A stretch of DNA of 64,000 nt from an uncultured Gemmatimonadales bacterium (GCA_963798845.1 CAWCUS010000001.1:512001-576000), one strand, 5' to 3'; shown: positions 1-9,621, counted from the first letter of the stretch. Numbers and translations are program-made. Notes: a model not told the origin generated them from the sequence alone.

Positions 1-626
1 AGGATGGCATTGCCGAGCGACTTCGACATCTTGCTCTGCCCGTCGATCCCCGGCAGCACGGCATCGCTGCTCAGGAGCGGCTCCGGCTCGGGGAAGACAT
101 CACCATAAAGATAGTTGAAACGGCGCGCGATCTCGCGAGTGACCTCGACGTGGGAGAGGTTGTCGCGGCCGACCGGGACCAGGTGGGCCCGGGGCAGCAG
201 GATGTCGGCGGCCTGGAGGACGGGATAGCCGACCAGGCCGAAGGGGAGGACCTCCAGCCCCGCCGCCTGGGCCATGTCCTTGATGGTGGGCAGCCGCTCC
301 AGCCGGGGGAGCGTGACCAGCATCTCGAGCACCAGGTTGAGCTCAGCCGTCTCGGGCACCGCCGACTGCACGAAGATCGTGCTCACCTCCGGATCGATCC
401 CGAGCGCGAGGTAGTCCAGCACCATCTCCCGGATGTTGCCGGGCACCTGCGCCAGGTGCTCCTTCTCCGGCTTCGTGGTGAGCGTGTGCAGGTCGGCGAT
501 GATGAAGAAGCACTCCATCTCGCGCTGGAGACGCACCCGGTTCTGTATGCTCCCCACCCAGTGCCCCAGATGCAACCGCCCCGTGGGCCGATCCCCCGTC
601 AGAACCCGCTTCCTGTCCTCCGCCAT
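1..626 (-). CDS. trpS: Tryptophan--tRNA ligase (3' end runs off the window)
   Basis: Manual translation [22 protein letters not shown]...[11 protein letters not shown]...VPVGRDN...[10 protein letters not shown] shows the class I HIGH (HLGH) and KMSKS motifs. Confidence 0.95.
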   Translation of the reverse strand, partial: MAEDRKRVLTGDRPTGRLHLGHWVGSIQNRVRLQREMECFFIIADLHTLTTKPEKEHLAQVPGNIREMVLDYLALGIDPEVSTIFVQSAVPETAELNLVLEMLVTLPRLERLPTIKDMAQAAGLEVLPFGLVGYPVLQAADILLPRAHLVPVGRDNLSHVEVTREIARRFNYLYGDVFPEPEPLLSSDAVLPGIDGQSKMSKSLGNAI

Positions 627-720
627 GCTTCGCCTGCCTCCGCTTCGTCACACTCGCCCGCCCCCGCGTGCGCGGGGGAATGAACCTTGCCCTCCTCCTC
701 TCGGAAGGAGGCACTCCGAC

Positions 721-1035
721 ATGGCCGAATACGAACCCGTCCTGAAGACCCCGGAGCTGGGTCCCGGCGAGAGCCGGGCCGTGGAAGTGCACGGGCACCC
801 GATCCTGCTCCTGAACGTGGGTCAGACCTATTATGCCGTGGACGCCCTCTGCCCCCAGAGCGGCGCCGCCCTCGAGCTCAAGACGCGCGACCGCCTGGCC
901 TGCCCCGACGACGACGCCGAGTACGACCTGGCCACCGGAGAGCGGGTCGACGCGGAGGGCCGGCCGCTCCAGCGGTACCGGATCCGCGTGGAGGGGAACG
1001 CCGTGCAGGTCGGCCCCCCCATCGGCGACCGCTAG
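721..1035 (+). CDS. Rieske-ferredoxin-fold protein with degenerate ligand motifs
   Basis: AAGGAGG RBS then ATG at 721; YYAVDALCPQSG...LACPDDDAEYDLATGE...LQRYRIRVEG matches the Rieske ferredoxin pattern, but both His ligands are substituted. Confidence 0.75.
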   Translation: MAEYEPVLKTPELGPGESRAVEVHGHPILLLNVGQTYYAVDALCPQSGAALELKTRDRLACPDDDAEYDLATGERVDAEGRPLQRYRIRVEGNAVQVGPPIGDR

Positions 1036-1385
1036 CGGTCCAGCTCGATCGGCGTCGCGCGCTCGAACAGCTCGCGCAGCTCCTCCGGCCTCATGTGCGG
1101 GAACCATCCGGCCGCGACCAGCGCCTCCCGCACCGGCCGCTCAGGGTCGGCCACCCTGAAGAAGTGGACCGCCACCAGCCGGGCGCGCCCCGCCCGCCCC
1201 GTGCCGTACGCTCCCGCACCCGCGCTGCGGGCCGTCCATTCCTCGCCGCCGTGCTCGAAAGACCGCTCCGGCCCATCCCACCGGGGCTCGCCCTCCGCAG
1301 CCGGCTCCTGCTCCGGATGCACGGTCTTCATCAGGTCGCGGACGGGGACGGGCCCTGTGGCGTCCTCGTGACCGTCGTCGCTCAT
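1032..1385 (-). CDS. Hypothetical protein
   Basis: ATG overlaps the queD stop (ATGA coupling); protein-like composition MSDDGHEDATG...ELFERATPIELDR. Confidence 0.7.
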   Translation of the reverse strand: MSDDGHEDATGPVPVRDLMKTVHPEQEPAAEGEPRWDGPERSFEHGGEEWTARSAGAGAYGTGRAGRARLVAVHFFRVADPERPVREALVAAGWFPHMRPEELRELFERATPIELDR

Positions 1386-1819
1386 GGCGGGCTCCCCGGT
1401 CCACCTCCGAAGTAGTCGACCCAGAGGGTCTCGTCCTCGCGGAGGCGCAGCCGGTGCAGCCGCGCCCCGGACGGAACCCGCTCCTCCAGGCGCGGCCATA
1501 TCCACTCCAGCAGGTTCTCCGTGGTGGGAACCCGCCCGCCGGGGCCGAACGCCTCGACGGCGTGGTTGAGGTGCTGGTGGTCGAGCCGCCGGACGACGGC
1601 GGCAAGCGCGTCATCCAGCGCGGTCAGGTCCACCGAGAACCCGGTGTCGCCGGCGATCTCCCCCGCGACCGTCACCTCCAGGACGTAATTGTGCCCGTGG
1701 CCGTGCGGGTTGGCGCAGAGCCCGAAGACGCGGCGATTCCGCTCCTCGGTCCACTCCTCGCGCCAGTAGCGGTGCGCGGCAGAAAATGCAGCACGACGGG
1801 TCAGATAGGCGACGCCCAT
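1382..1819 (-). CDS. queD: 6-carboxytetrahydropterin synthase / 6-pyruvoyl-tetrahydropterin synthase
   Basis: FSAAHR, CANPHGHGHNY, LDHQHLN and PTTENL motifs. Confidence 0.92.
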   Translation of the reverse strand: MGVAYLTRRAAFSAAHRYWREEWTEERNRRVFGLCANPHGHGHNYVLEVTVAGEIAGDTGFSVDLTALDDALAAVVRRLDHQHLNHAVEAFGPGGRVPTTENLLEWIWPRLEERVPSGARLHRLRLREDETLWVDYFGGGPGSPP

Positions 1820-1885
1820 GGGAGGGAGAAGCTAGAGAACCGGGGCATGGGCGTCCAGTATGGATGGAACGCACGGACACCGCCC

Positions 1886-1900
1886 CGGCGCGGAACTTGC
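1886..1900 (+). promoter_or_regulatory. Putative sigma-54 promoter
   Basis: CGGCGC-GGAAC-TTGC fits the -24 GG / -12 GC spacing, upstream of the receiver gene. Confidence 0.4.
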
Positions 1901-1974
1901 CACCCCGGACATCCCAATCACACGGCACCGTCCGCCCCGGCGACGCGGCCGATCGAAGTTCCACACTGCATGAC

Positions 1975-2385
1975 ATGGCGCGGACCAGCGACGCCCGAGC
2001 CCTCCGAAACGACGACGCCACCATCCTGATCGCCGAGGATCACCCGGACAGCCGGGAGGCCCTCAGCGCGCTGCTGGAGGCGTTCGGATTCCACGTGCTC
2101 CCCGCCGTCGACGGTGAGGAGGCCGTGGCGCTCGCACGGAAGTGCCACCCCGACCTCATCCTCATGGACGTCATGATGCCGGGGTTGGACGGGATCGAGG
2201 CGACTCGCCGCCTGCGCGACTTTCCCGAGACCGCTCACATCCCCATCATCACCATCACCGCGATGGAGGGCATCCGGGACACCGCCATGGGAGCCGGGGC
2301 CGACGACTTCCTCGGCAAGCCCATCAACTCGGGCACGCTCCTGACCAAGGTGAGGAAGTGGCTCTCCAACGGAACGCATACCTGA
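1975..2385 (+). CDS. Single-domain response regulator (CheY/DivK-like)
   Basis: ILIAEDH, PDLILMDVMMPGLDG, IPIITITA and GADDFLGKP receiver motifs; start codon approximate. Confidence 0.9.
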   Translation: MARTSDARALRNDDATILIAEDHPDSREALSALLEAFGFHVLPAVDGEEAVALARKCHPDLILMDVMMPGLDGIEATRRLRDFPETAHIPIITITAMEGIRDTAMGAGADDFLGKPINSGTLLTKVRKWLSNGTHT

Positions 2386-2426
2386 GCGCGTGAGGGCCCG
2401 GCTCCCTTCACCACCCGGAGTGAGCC

Positions 2427-3131
2427 ATGAACGATGAGCCGCGAGCCGGCGGGAGCGACCACGAGGCGATGCCGGGCGACACCGGCATCGCGGGTTCACC
2501 GGCCCGGCCCGGCTCGGACCACGACCACCCCGCCGCCGCGACGGGGTTCCCGTGGCCGCCGCCGCCTGACGGGCCCGTGGTCGCCCGCCTCCGTGAAACG
2601 TGGCGCGATGCCATGTTCGCGCCGACGCAGTTCTACCGGCGCCTCCCCCGCAGCGGCGGAACCGCGGCGGCGGTGACCTACTACCTCGTGGTGGGCGTCC
2701 TCGTAGCCGGCGTCAACCTGTTCTGGGCGACGCTCGCCATGAGCGCCGGCGGCGACGCCACCGCCCCGGCGACCGCGCGCGGCCTCCACCCGCTGACCCG
2801 CTTCCTGCTCTCGCCGCCCGCTCTCCTCCTCGCCCTCGGGCTCGCGGCGTCCGTCACTCACTTCCTGCTGCTCGTCCTCCAGGGCGCGCGCCACGGCTTC
2901 GGCACCACCGTACGGACCATGTGCTACGCCTACAGCCCCATGGGCTTGGCCGTCATCCCTTTCCTCGGACCGCTGGTCGGAGCGGCGTGGATGGTGGCCG
3001 TGTCCATCATCGGACTCCGGGAAGCCCACGATACCGCGACCTGGAAACCCGCCGTCGCGGTCCTCCTCCCCTGCGCACTCGGCCTCGTCATCGTCGCCAT
3101 GGTCTCCGCCGCCGCCAACATCCTGGGGTGA
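2427..3131 (+). CDS. YIP1-family membrane protein
   Basis: About five hydrophobic helices; P..FY..L, TVRTMCYAYSP and GLREAH patterns. Confidence 0.75.
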   Translation: MNDEPRAGGSDHEAMPGDTGIAGSPARPGSDHDHPAAATGFPWPPPPDGPVVARLRETWRDAMFAPTQFYRRLPRSGGTAAAVTYYLVVGVLVAGVNLFWATLAMSAGGDATAPATARGLHPLTRFLLSPPALLLALGLAASVTHFLLLVLQGARHGFGTTVRTMCYAYSPMGLAVIPFLGPLVGAAWMVAVSIIGLREAHDTATWKPAVAVLLPCALGLVIVAMVSAAANILG

Positions 3132-3145
3132 GGGCGCCGGTCACA

Positions 3146-3240
3146 GGCGGGCGTTGGGGGTTGGGGGGCGGAGGGCGGAGGTCGGGGGTTGGGGTGCGGA
3201 GGGCGGAGGTCGGGGTTGGGGCCGGGCCGGCAGGTCGGGG
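3146..3240 (+). repeat. G-rich imperfect direct repeat between convergent genes
   Basis: GCGGAGGGCGGAGGTCGGGG(G)TTGGGG occurs twice, with additional G-runs. Confidence 0.75.
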
Positions 3241-3252
3241 GAATCCTGATCC

Positions 3253-3822
3253 CTAGCGCGATGCGCGCGCGAATCGCGGCTTGAGCGCTCGGAGCACGTC
3301 GTCGCCGTAGAACATGGAGATGTACTTCGCCTGGACGGCGGTGATGCGGCGCACCGCCCAGACCAGCTCGACGTGGTTCGGCTCGAGGGGAACCGTGAGC
3401 AGCTTCATGTGGGCCTCGTTCGGGAGCCGATTCCCCTTTCGGTTGTTGCAGGGGGAGCAGGCCGCCACGACGTTTCCCCAGTCGTTCGCGCCGCCGCGCG
3501 AGAGGGGGATCACGTGGTCGCGGGTCAGGAACTCGCGGCCCCGAAGCTGGGTGCGGTGACGCCCGCAGTACTGGCAGCTGTAGCCGTCCCTGGCGAACAG
3601 GAACGTGTTCGTGACCTGCCGCCGGAATTTCCGCGGCACCTGCACGTAGCGTACGAGCCGGATGACGACGGGACAGGGAAGCTCGGCCCGTTCGGACCGG
3701 AACACCCGTTGCTCGTCCACCTCGAGGATCTCGGCCTTGCGGTCGAGCACGAGCCGCAGCGCGCGCCGGACGGGAAGGAGCGTGAGAGGCTCGTAGGATG
3801 CGTTCAGCGCCAGACAGCCCAT
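3253..3822 (-). CDS. HNH endonuclease (McrA-like)
   Basis: LALNASYEPL, RDGYSCQYCG, TRDHVIPLSRGG..DWGNVVAACSPCNNRKG. Confidence 0.92.
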   Translation of the reverse strand: MGCLALNASYEPLTLLPVRRALRLVLDRKAEILEVDEQRVFRSERAELPCPVVIRLVRYVQVPRKFRRQVTNTFLFARDGYSCQYCGRHRTQLRGREFLTRDHVIPLSRGGANDWGNVVAACSPCNNRKGNRLPNEAHMKLLTVPLEPNHVELVWAVRRITAVQAKYISMFYGDDVLRALKPRFARASR

Positions 3823-4005
3823 GGTCGTCGTTCCGCCTCCTGCCGCGAAGAACCGAAGCACCTGGGCCGTCGAACCCGCGCCTCTGGCGGGAAGAGAGCG
3901 GCCGCAGATGACCGCTCCATAGTTTAGCGTTGAACCTCTCGCCGCGCCACGACGACGGTTCGCCGCGCGGTCCGTTGTGGCGGGCGGCTCGGAACTGCGG
4001 GAGGG

Positions 4006-6333
4006 TCAGAGCAGGCTGACGGGGTCGCGGTCGATGATGACGCGCACCACGCCGGAGCCGGTGCCGTGCTCGCGGTACAGCGCGCGGCAGACGTCGCCGA
4101 GCCGGCGCGCGCTCGTGCTCCTCAGGAGGAGATGCCAGCGCCAGCGCTCGCGGATCCGGTCGATGGCGCACGGAGCCGGCCCCAGGACGTGGACCGTCGA
4201 GCCGGCGAGCCCGGCGCCGGCGGGCCCATCGGGGTGGTTTCGGCTCGTGGCGCGGATGGCATCGGCGCACCAGGCGGCAAGGTCCTCGGCGGTCTCCTGG
4301 ACCTGGACTTCGTCCGGGCCGCTGACGACAATGTTGGCGAGGCGCGTGTGCGGCGGGTACGCGGGGTCGCGTCGCTCCTCGAGCTCGCGGGCGGCGAAGC
4401 CGATGTAGTCGTGCTCCAGCGCCCGCCGTATGGCGTAGTGCCCGGGCAGCGCAGTCTGGATCACCACCTCTCCGGCGCGCTGGCCGCGACCGGCGCGTCC
4501 GGCCACCTGGGTCAGGAGCTGGAACGTGCGCTCGCCCGCGCGGAAGTCGGGGAGGTTCATGCCCACGTCGGCGTTGATCACGCCGACCAGAGTGACGAAG
4601 GGGAAATCGAGCCCCTTGGCGATCATCTGCGTGCCGAGGAGGATGTCCACCTCGCGCCGCCCCACCCGACCGAGAATCTGGTGGTGGGCCCATTTTCCCG
4701 AAGTCGTGTCCACGTCCATGCGTGCCACGCGCGCGGCGGGATACGTCTCGGTGACCGTCCGCTCCACCTGCTCGGTGCCGAGGCCGCGGAAGGAGAGGTC
4801 CTCGTTGCCGCACTCGGAGCAACGGCGGGGGATCGCCTCCTCGTGGAAGCAGTAGTGGCATACCAGCCGTCGGCGAGTGCGGTGGTACGTGAGCGAGACG
4901 TTGCAGCGGCCGCACTGCCAGACGTGCCCGCACGCGCCGCACTGGACGAAGTTGGCGTAGCCACGCCGGTTCAGAAGGAGGATCGTCTGCTCCCGGCGGA
5001 CGAGCCGATCGTGGATCGCCGCGGCGAGCGGCTCCGACAGGATCACCCGGCCTTTTCGTCCGACGATGCCGCCCGCCCCGAACGCGCTGTCCGCGGCCGG
5101 ACGCTCCGCCGCCGGCACTCCGGGCGGGCGCCTGAGGTCGACCACCCTCACGGAGGGGAGCGGGCGCCCCTCCACGCGCTCGGGGAGCTCGATGAGCGCG
5201 TACTTCCCGCTCGCGGCATTGGCCCAGCTTTCGAGCAATGGGGTGGCGCTGCCGAGGATGCACACGGCGCCGACCATGGCGGCTCGGACTATGGCCACCT
5301 CGCGCGCGTGGTACCGGGGCGCCTCGCCCTGCTTGTAGCTGGACTCGTGTTCCTCGTCGACGACGATGGCGCCGAGGTCGCGGACCGGCGCGAAGACGGC
5401 CGACCGGGCGCCCACGGCGATGCGCCGCTCGCCCGCGCGGAGCATGCGCCAGGCGTCGTAGCGCTCCCCTTCCGAGAGTGCGGAATGGAGCACCGCCACG
5501 TCCTCGCCGAAGCGGGAGCGGAAGCGGTCCACGGTCTGCGGGGTCAGGGCGATCTCGGGAACGAGGACGATGGCGCCCCGCCCCCGTCGCGCCACCACTT
5601 CGTCCAGAAGGTCGATGTAGACGCGCGTCTTGCCCGAGCCCGTGACGCCGCGCAGGAGGAAGGTGCCGCCGGCGCCGCTCGCGGCCTGGAGCAACGGGAC
5701 GAGCGCGGCCTGCTGATCGACGGTGAGCGGCGGCAGCGGCCCGGCCGTCGCCGGGATGTCGGCGAACGGGTCGCGGTCGACCACCTCCTCGATGATCTCG
5801 GCCACGCCGCGCTCCACCACGCCGTTGATGACCGGATAGGAGAACCCCTGGTCGACCAGGCCGGGCACGGGCGACGCGCCGCCCGCCGCCTCCACGACCT
5901 CGTAGCACTCGCGCTGCCGCCCCGCTCGCCTGAAGACGTCGTCCCGGAGCGTCAGGCTGGGAAGCTCGCGCGTGATGCGAAGGACGCGCTGGGTCCGGAC
6001 GGGGTCGGCCCCGGCGCCGGCCAGCGGGTTGGGGAGCGCGGTACGCAGCACGAGTCCCAGCGACGACAGGTAGTAGTCGGCCACCCAGCCCGCGAGACGG
6101 AGCATGTCCGCATCGGCGCTGGGGCGGTCCTCGAGGACGCGCCGCACGTCACGGATCCGGGGACCGCCGCCCCCGTCGGCTACGTCCTCGGATCGCGCCT
6201 CGCCCGCGACCCAGCCCACCATCCTGCGCGGGCCGAACGGCACCTCGACGCGGGTGCCCGGCTCCACGGGCGCCTGCACACGGTAGGTGAAGGTGCGAGG
6301 CATCGGGAGCGGGAGCGCGATCTCTACGAGCAT
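4006..6333 (-). CDS. priA: Primosomal protein N' (replication restart helicase)
   Basis: GVTGSGKT, VPEIALTPQ, DEEH, Cys-rich Zn module, GTQMIAKGLDFP and QVAGRAGR. Confidence 0.97.
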   Translation of the reverse strand: MLVEIALPLPMPRTFTYRVQAPVEPGTRVEVPFGPRRMVGWVAGEARSEDVADGGGGPRIRDVRRVLEDRPSADADMLRLAGWVADYYLSSLGLVLRTALPNPLAGAGADPVRTQRVLRITRELPSLTLRDDVFRRAGRQRECYEVVEAAGGASPVPGLVDQGFSYPVINGVVERGVAEIIEEVVDRDPFADIPATAGPLPPLTVDQQAALVPLLQAASGAGGTFLLRGVTGSGKTRVYIDLLDEVVARRGRGAIVLVPEIALTPQTVDRFRSRFGEDVAVLHSALSEGERYDAWRMLRAGERRIAVGARSAVFAPVRDLGAIVVDEEHESSYKQGEAPRYHAREVAIVRAAMVGAVCILGSATPLLESWANAASGKYALIELPERVEGRPLPSVRVVDLRRPPGVPAAERPAADSAFGAGGIVGRKGRVILSEPLAAAIHDRLVRREQTILLLNRRGYANFVQCGACGHVWQCGRCNVSLTYHRTRRRLVCHYCFHEEAIPRRCSECGNEDLSFRGLGTEQVERTVTETYPAARVARMDVDTTSGKWAHHQILGRVGRREVDILLGTQMIAKGLDFPFVTLVGVINADVGMNLPDFRAGERTFQLLTQVAGRAGRGQRAGEVVIQTALPGHYAIRRALEHDYIGFAARELEERRDPAYPPHTRLANIVVSGPDEVQVQETAEDLAAWCADAIRATSRNHPDGPAGAGLAGSTVHVLGPAPCAIDRIRERWRWHLLLRSTSARRLGDVCRALYREHGTGSGVVRVIIDRDPVSLL

Positions 6334-6423
6334 GTCCGGGCGGGAGCGGACGGGGTCTGCGCGTGGCGGGCGGTGGCGGCGCTCATGTCGCGACGTGCGA
6401 GGACTGCATGGCCGGAGCGGGAA

Positions 6424-7089
6424 TCAGAGCTGGATTCGCACGAAGTCGTACGGCGGCCACGGGCCTGTGACATCGAACGACAGGTCGGCATGCGAGCCGC
6501 TCAGGTCGTCCGCGCGCTCGACGAACTCCACCCACGCGCCGCGCTCGACCAGGAAGGCGGCGCTCATGAGCCGGCCCTCGACCCGGCGCAGCGGAATGGC
6601 GGCCCGGGCGAAGCGGCGCATCTCGGAATACGCGTGGGTGGCGAGCTCGCGCAGCGAATCGTCTCCCTCGTCGCCGAGAATGTGAAGCCGGAGCTCCCAG
6701 TGGCCGTCGAGGAACGCCAGCCCTTCGTCCAGAACGATGTACTGGTCCTCGAGGAACCGGATCATGGCGCGCCGGCCGCGGAAGACCACACCGAACGGCG
6801 CGGGGAGGATCGTGCCCCGGCGCATCGTCCCTTCCACCAGCCGCTGGTGGGCGTGAACGGCTTCGTCGCTCAGCTCCGGGATCTGGTAGGGCACGGCGCG
6901 CACCAGTGCCTCCAGGTCGCGGTAGCGGACCTTGATGAGGTCGCCCGAGTCCGCGCTCCCCGACCTCCAGGTGCGGGAGCGCACCACGCCGTACAGGTAC
7001 AGTCCTTCCAACGCGGTGCGCTCTTCCCGATGGTGGGAAGGGGGGTGCACCGCCCCGGACGAGGCACCTGCTTCGGCGGCTTCCCGCAT
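6424..7089 (-). CDS. GvpL/GvpF family protein
   Basis: LYLYGVV at the N-terminus, HQRLVE, ILPAPFGVVF, and C-terminal TGPWPPYDFV. Confidence 0.8.
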   Translation of the reverse strand: MREAAEAGASSGAVHPPSHHREERTALEGLYLYGVVRSRTWRSGSADSGDLIKVRYRDLEALVRAVPYQIPELSDEAVHAHQRLVEGTMRRGTILPAPFGVVFRGRRAMIRFLEDQYIVLDEGLAFLDGHWELRLHILGDEGDDSLRELATHAYSEMRRFARAAIPLRRVEGRLMSAAFLVERGAWVEFVERADDLSGSHADLSFDVTGPWPPYDFVRIQL

Positions 7090-7095
7090 GCGGCC

Positions 7096-8295
7096 TCAAG
7101 GGAGCAGGGTGAAGATCTCCTTCTGGGGCTCAGGAGTCGTGACCTCCGGCCCGTTCTCACCCATGTACACGTCAATTTCCGTGCGCAGCCCCACGTCCCC
7201 GCGGACGTAGATGCCGGGCTCGATGCTGAAGCCGACGCCCGGGATCAGCTTGCGCGTCTCGTGGGTCTCCAGGTTGTCGATGTTCGGCCCCATGCCGTGG
7301 ACATCCTGGTCGATGGAGTGGCCGGTCCGGTGGATGAAGTAGCGGTCGAAGCCGCGCTCGCGGATGACCCCGCGCGGGACGTCGTCCACCTGGTAGCCCT
7401 GGAGGGTCCGGCCGGCGTCCCACTCGGCGCGCACGAATTCGACGGCCGCGTCGCGCGCGTCGCGGATCGCCTCCCAGTAGCGCTGCACGTCCTCCGGCAC
7501 CGACGGCCCCAGGTACCCCATCCAGGTCTGGTCCGCGAAGATGGCATCCGTGTCCTCGCGTCCCCACAGGTCCACCAGCACGACGTCGCCCTTCCTGAAC
7601 GTGGCGCCGCCCGGACCGTTCTCGTAGTGCGGGTTGGCCGCGTTCACACCGTTCGCGACGATGGCGTCCCGACCCTCCGGCACCCCGCGATCGCGCAGCC
7701 GGTCCAGCAGCCACCCGTGGAGCGCCCCCTCGGTGAGGGCGTCCCCGGCCGCCACGGCATCGGCCGCGCGCCGGAACGTGTCCCTCGCCGCCTCGGCCAG
7801 CACCGCCGCCGCCCGGCGATGCGAGGCCAGCCCTTCCTCCGTCCAGCGCGCGTAGAACCGGGTGATCAGGTCGGCGGAGGACGCCAGCTCCGCACCGGCC
7901 TTCCGGAGCAGGTCCGCCACGCCGGCGGGGATCAGGTCGACGGCGGGGACCGCGTCGTCCTTCATCACCTCCGCGGCCACCTTCTTCCCGCCCACGAGCC
8001 CGGCGAGGCTCTCGTCGAGGCTCTTCCAGGAGACGTAGCTCCGCTTGGCCCACGGCCACGCGTCCCACGGCGTGGTCTCGATCCCGTGCATGAGCACTGT
8101 CGGGTCGCCGTCGGCGGGGACGAGGACGAAGTAGCGGCGGGTCAGCTCACCCACCCCGGTCAGACGCCCGGCCACCAGGTTGCGCGCATGGAGGTCGTAC
8201 AGCAGCCAGCCGTCCAGCCCGTGCTCGCGAAGCCCCTCCTGGATCTCCGCCAGCCGCCCCTTCAGCGTCCCGAAATCACTCGCCGTGCTCTTCAC
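7096..8295 (-). CDS. M24 (Xaa-Pro) aminopeptidase
   Basis: NPHY, VDLWG, ADQT, HRTGHSI, SIEPGIY and GLRTE metal-ligand motifs. Confidence 0.92.
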   Translation of the reverse strand: MKSTASDFGTLKGRLAEIQEGLREHGLDGWLLYDLHARNLVAGRLTGVGELTRRYFVLVPADGDPTVLMHGIETTPWDAWPWAKRSYVSWKSLDESLAGLVGGKKVAAEVMKDDAVPAVDLIPAGVADLLRKAGAELASSADLITRFYARWTEEGLASHRRAAAVLAEAARDTFRRAADAVAAGDALTEGALHGWLLDRLRDRGVPEGRDAIVANGVNAANPHYENGPGGATFRKGDVVLVDLWGREDTDAIFADQTWMGYLGPSVPEDVQRYWEAIRDARDAAVEFVRAEWDAGRTLQGYQVDDVPRGVIRERGFDRYFIHRTGHSIDQDVHGMGPNIDNLETHETRKLIPGVGFSIEPGIYVRGDVGLRTEIDVYMGENGPEVTTPEPQKEIFTLLP

Positions 8296-8415
8296 TGCCG
8301 TCCTCCCTCTCGGGTTCGACCCGCTCCTCCGCCCCGCGTGCGACGCCCGGCCGTACGCTCCCGGCTCCTCCTCCGGCCGGGCATGGCGGCAATGTGCGGA
8401 TGACCGTGGGGCGGG

Positions 8416-9387
8416 TCAATCGTCCGCCGCGGCGGCCGGAAGCCCGGCCATCGCCCGGATCGTCTGGACCACGCCCGCCGCCGTGCGGTGGGGAACGTAT
8501 CCGCCTTCGAGGAGGGCCACCACGCGGCCGCCCGCACACTCGATCAGCCGGCGCGTCATCGCGTGCAGGTCGGGGGGCTCGAGGAGGAGCCCTCCCAGCG
8601 GGTCCCCGGCCAGACAGTCGTAGCCCGCGGACACCAGCACCAGGTCGGGAGTGAACTCGTCGAAGACCATCGAGATCACCTCGTCGTAGACCCGCAGGTA
8701 GTACTCCCGTTCGACCCCCGGGGGGAACGGCACGTTGCGCGTGGTCCCCTCCCCCTCCGCCAGGCCGGTCTGGTGCGTGTGCCCCGTGCCCGGGTAGTGC
8801 CCCGTCATGTGCAGCGACAGGTAGTAGACGCTCGGGTCGCCGTAGAAGATGTCCTGCGTGCCGTTCCCGTGGTGGACATCCCAATCCACGATAAGAACCC
8901 GCTCCGCCCCCGCTACGTCGCGCGCCCAGCGCGCCGCCACCGCCGCGTTGTTGAACAGGCAGAAGCCCATGGGACGCTCCGTCGTCGCATGGTGCCCCGG
9001 CGGACGCGTCAGCGCGAACGCCGTCCCCGCCTTCCCTTCCAGCACCAGCCGCGCCGCGTGCAGCGCCGCGCCCGCCGCACCGAGCCCCGCCTCCCAGGAA
9101 GCGCCGGATACGATCGTGTCCTGCGTCAGGTCCACCGGCCTCCCCGCCGCCCTCGCCCGCTCCACCCCCCGCTGCACGGCCGCCAGGTGCGCGGGTGAAT
9201 GCACGCGCAGCAGGTCGTCCCGCGACGCCGCCGGCGCCTCCTCCTGCAGCATCCGGTCGAGGAGCGCCGGCGTTTCCCTGTAGATCGCCTTCACGATCGC
9301 GGGCAGCCGCCCCTGGTGCTCCGGGTGGTGCCAGCCCGTGTCGTGGAGCGCGCACGCCGAGTGCGAGACGATCGCGGTTTCACGCAT
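8416..9387 (-). CDS. Histone-deacetylase-family (Zn-dependent) deacetylase
   Basis: HPE, RPPGHHA, GFCLFNN, DWDVHHGNGTQ, SAGYD and LEGGY. Confidence 0.95.
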   Translation of the reverse strand: MRETAIVSHSACALHDTGWHHPEHQGRLPAIVKAIYRETPALLDRMLQEEAPAASRDDLLRVHSPAHLAAVQRGVERARAAGRPVDLTQDTIVSGASWEAGLGAAGAALHAARLVLEGKAGTAFALTRPPGHHATTERPMGFCLFNNAAVAARWARDVAGAERVLIVDWDVHHGNGTQDIFYGDPSVYYLSLHMTGHYPGTGHTHQTGLAEGEGTTRNVPFPPGVEREYYLRVYDEVISMVFDEFTPDLVLVSAGYDCLAGDPLGGLLLEPPDLHAMTRRLIECAGGRVVALLEGGYVPHRTAAGVVQTIRAMAGLPAAAADD

Positions 9388-9621
9388 GGGCGGAAGGTGG
9401 TGGAACTCCGCCGGACGCGCGACCCCCGGGCGGGCCGAGGCGCGTCGAACGGCCGTTCGCGCTCAGGCACCGTGAGCACGCCAGACAACGGCAGGAACCG
9501 GCGGACACGCGAAGGGCCGCGTAACCGCGCCCCACGCGTGATCGGGTGATCGCCCGGGCCCCCACGGCTCCGGGGCGGGCGGGAAGACCCTGGCGCGGCC
9601 GACGGGGTGGGTGACATCTTA

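Noticed and set aside
3253..3822. HNH gene as an RNA-guided or defence nuclease
   Set aside because: It is a small stand-alone McrA-type protein with no RuvC parts, array, methylase or evident ncRNA nearby.
6424..7089. Gas-vesicle gene cluster
   Set aside because: Only one gvpL/F-like gene is present, with no gvpA, gvpN, gvpJ or gvpK in the window.
4066..8403. Very long plus-strand ORF (1445 aa) and similar long ORFs such as 27806-31480, 45395-48568 and 2930-5908
   Set aside because: Antisense or off-frame shadows of recognised genes. Stop codons are scarce at this GC level and the translations show no motifs.
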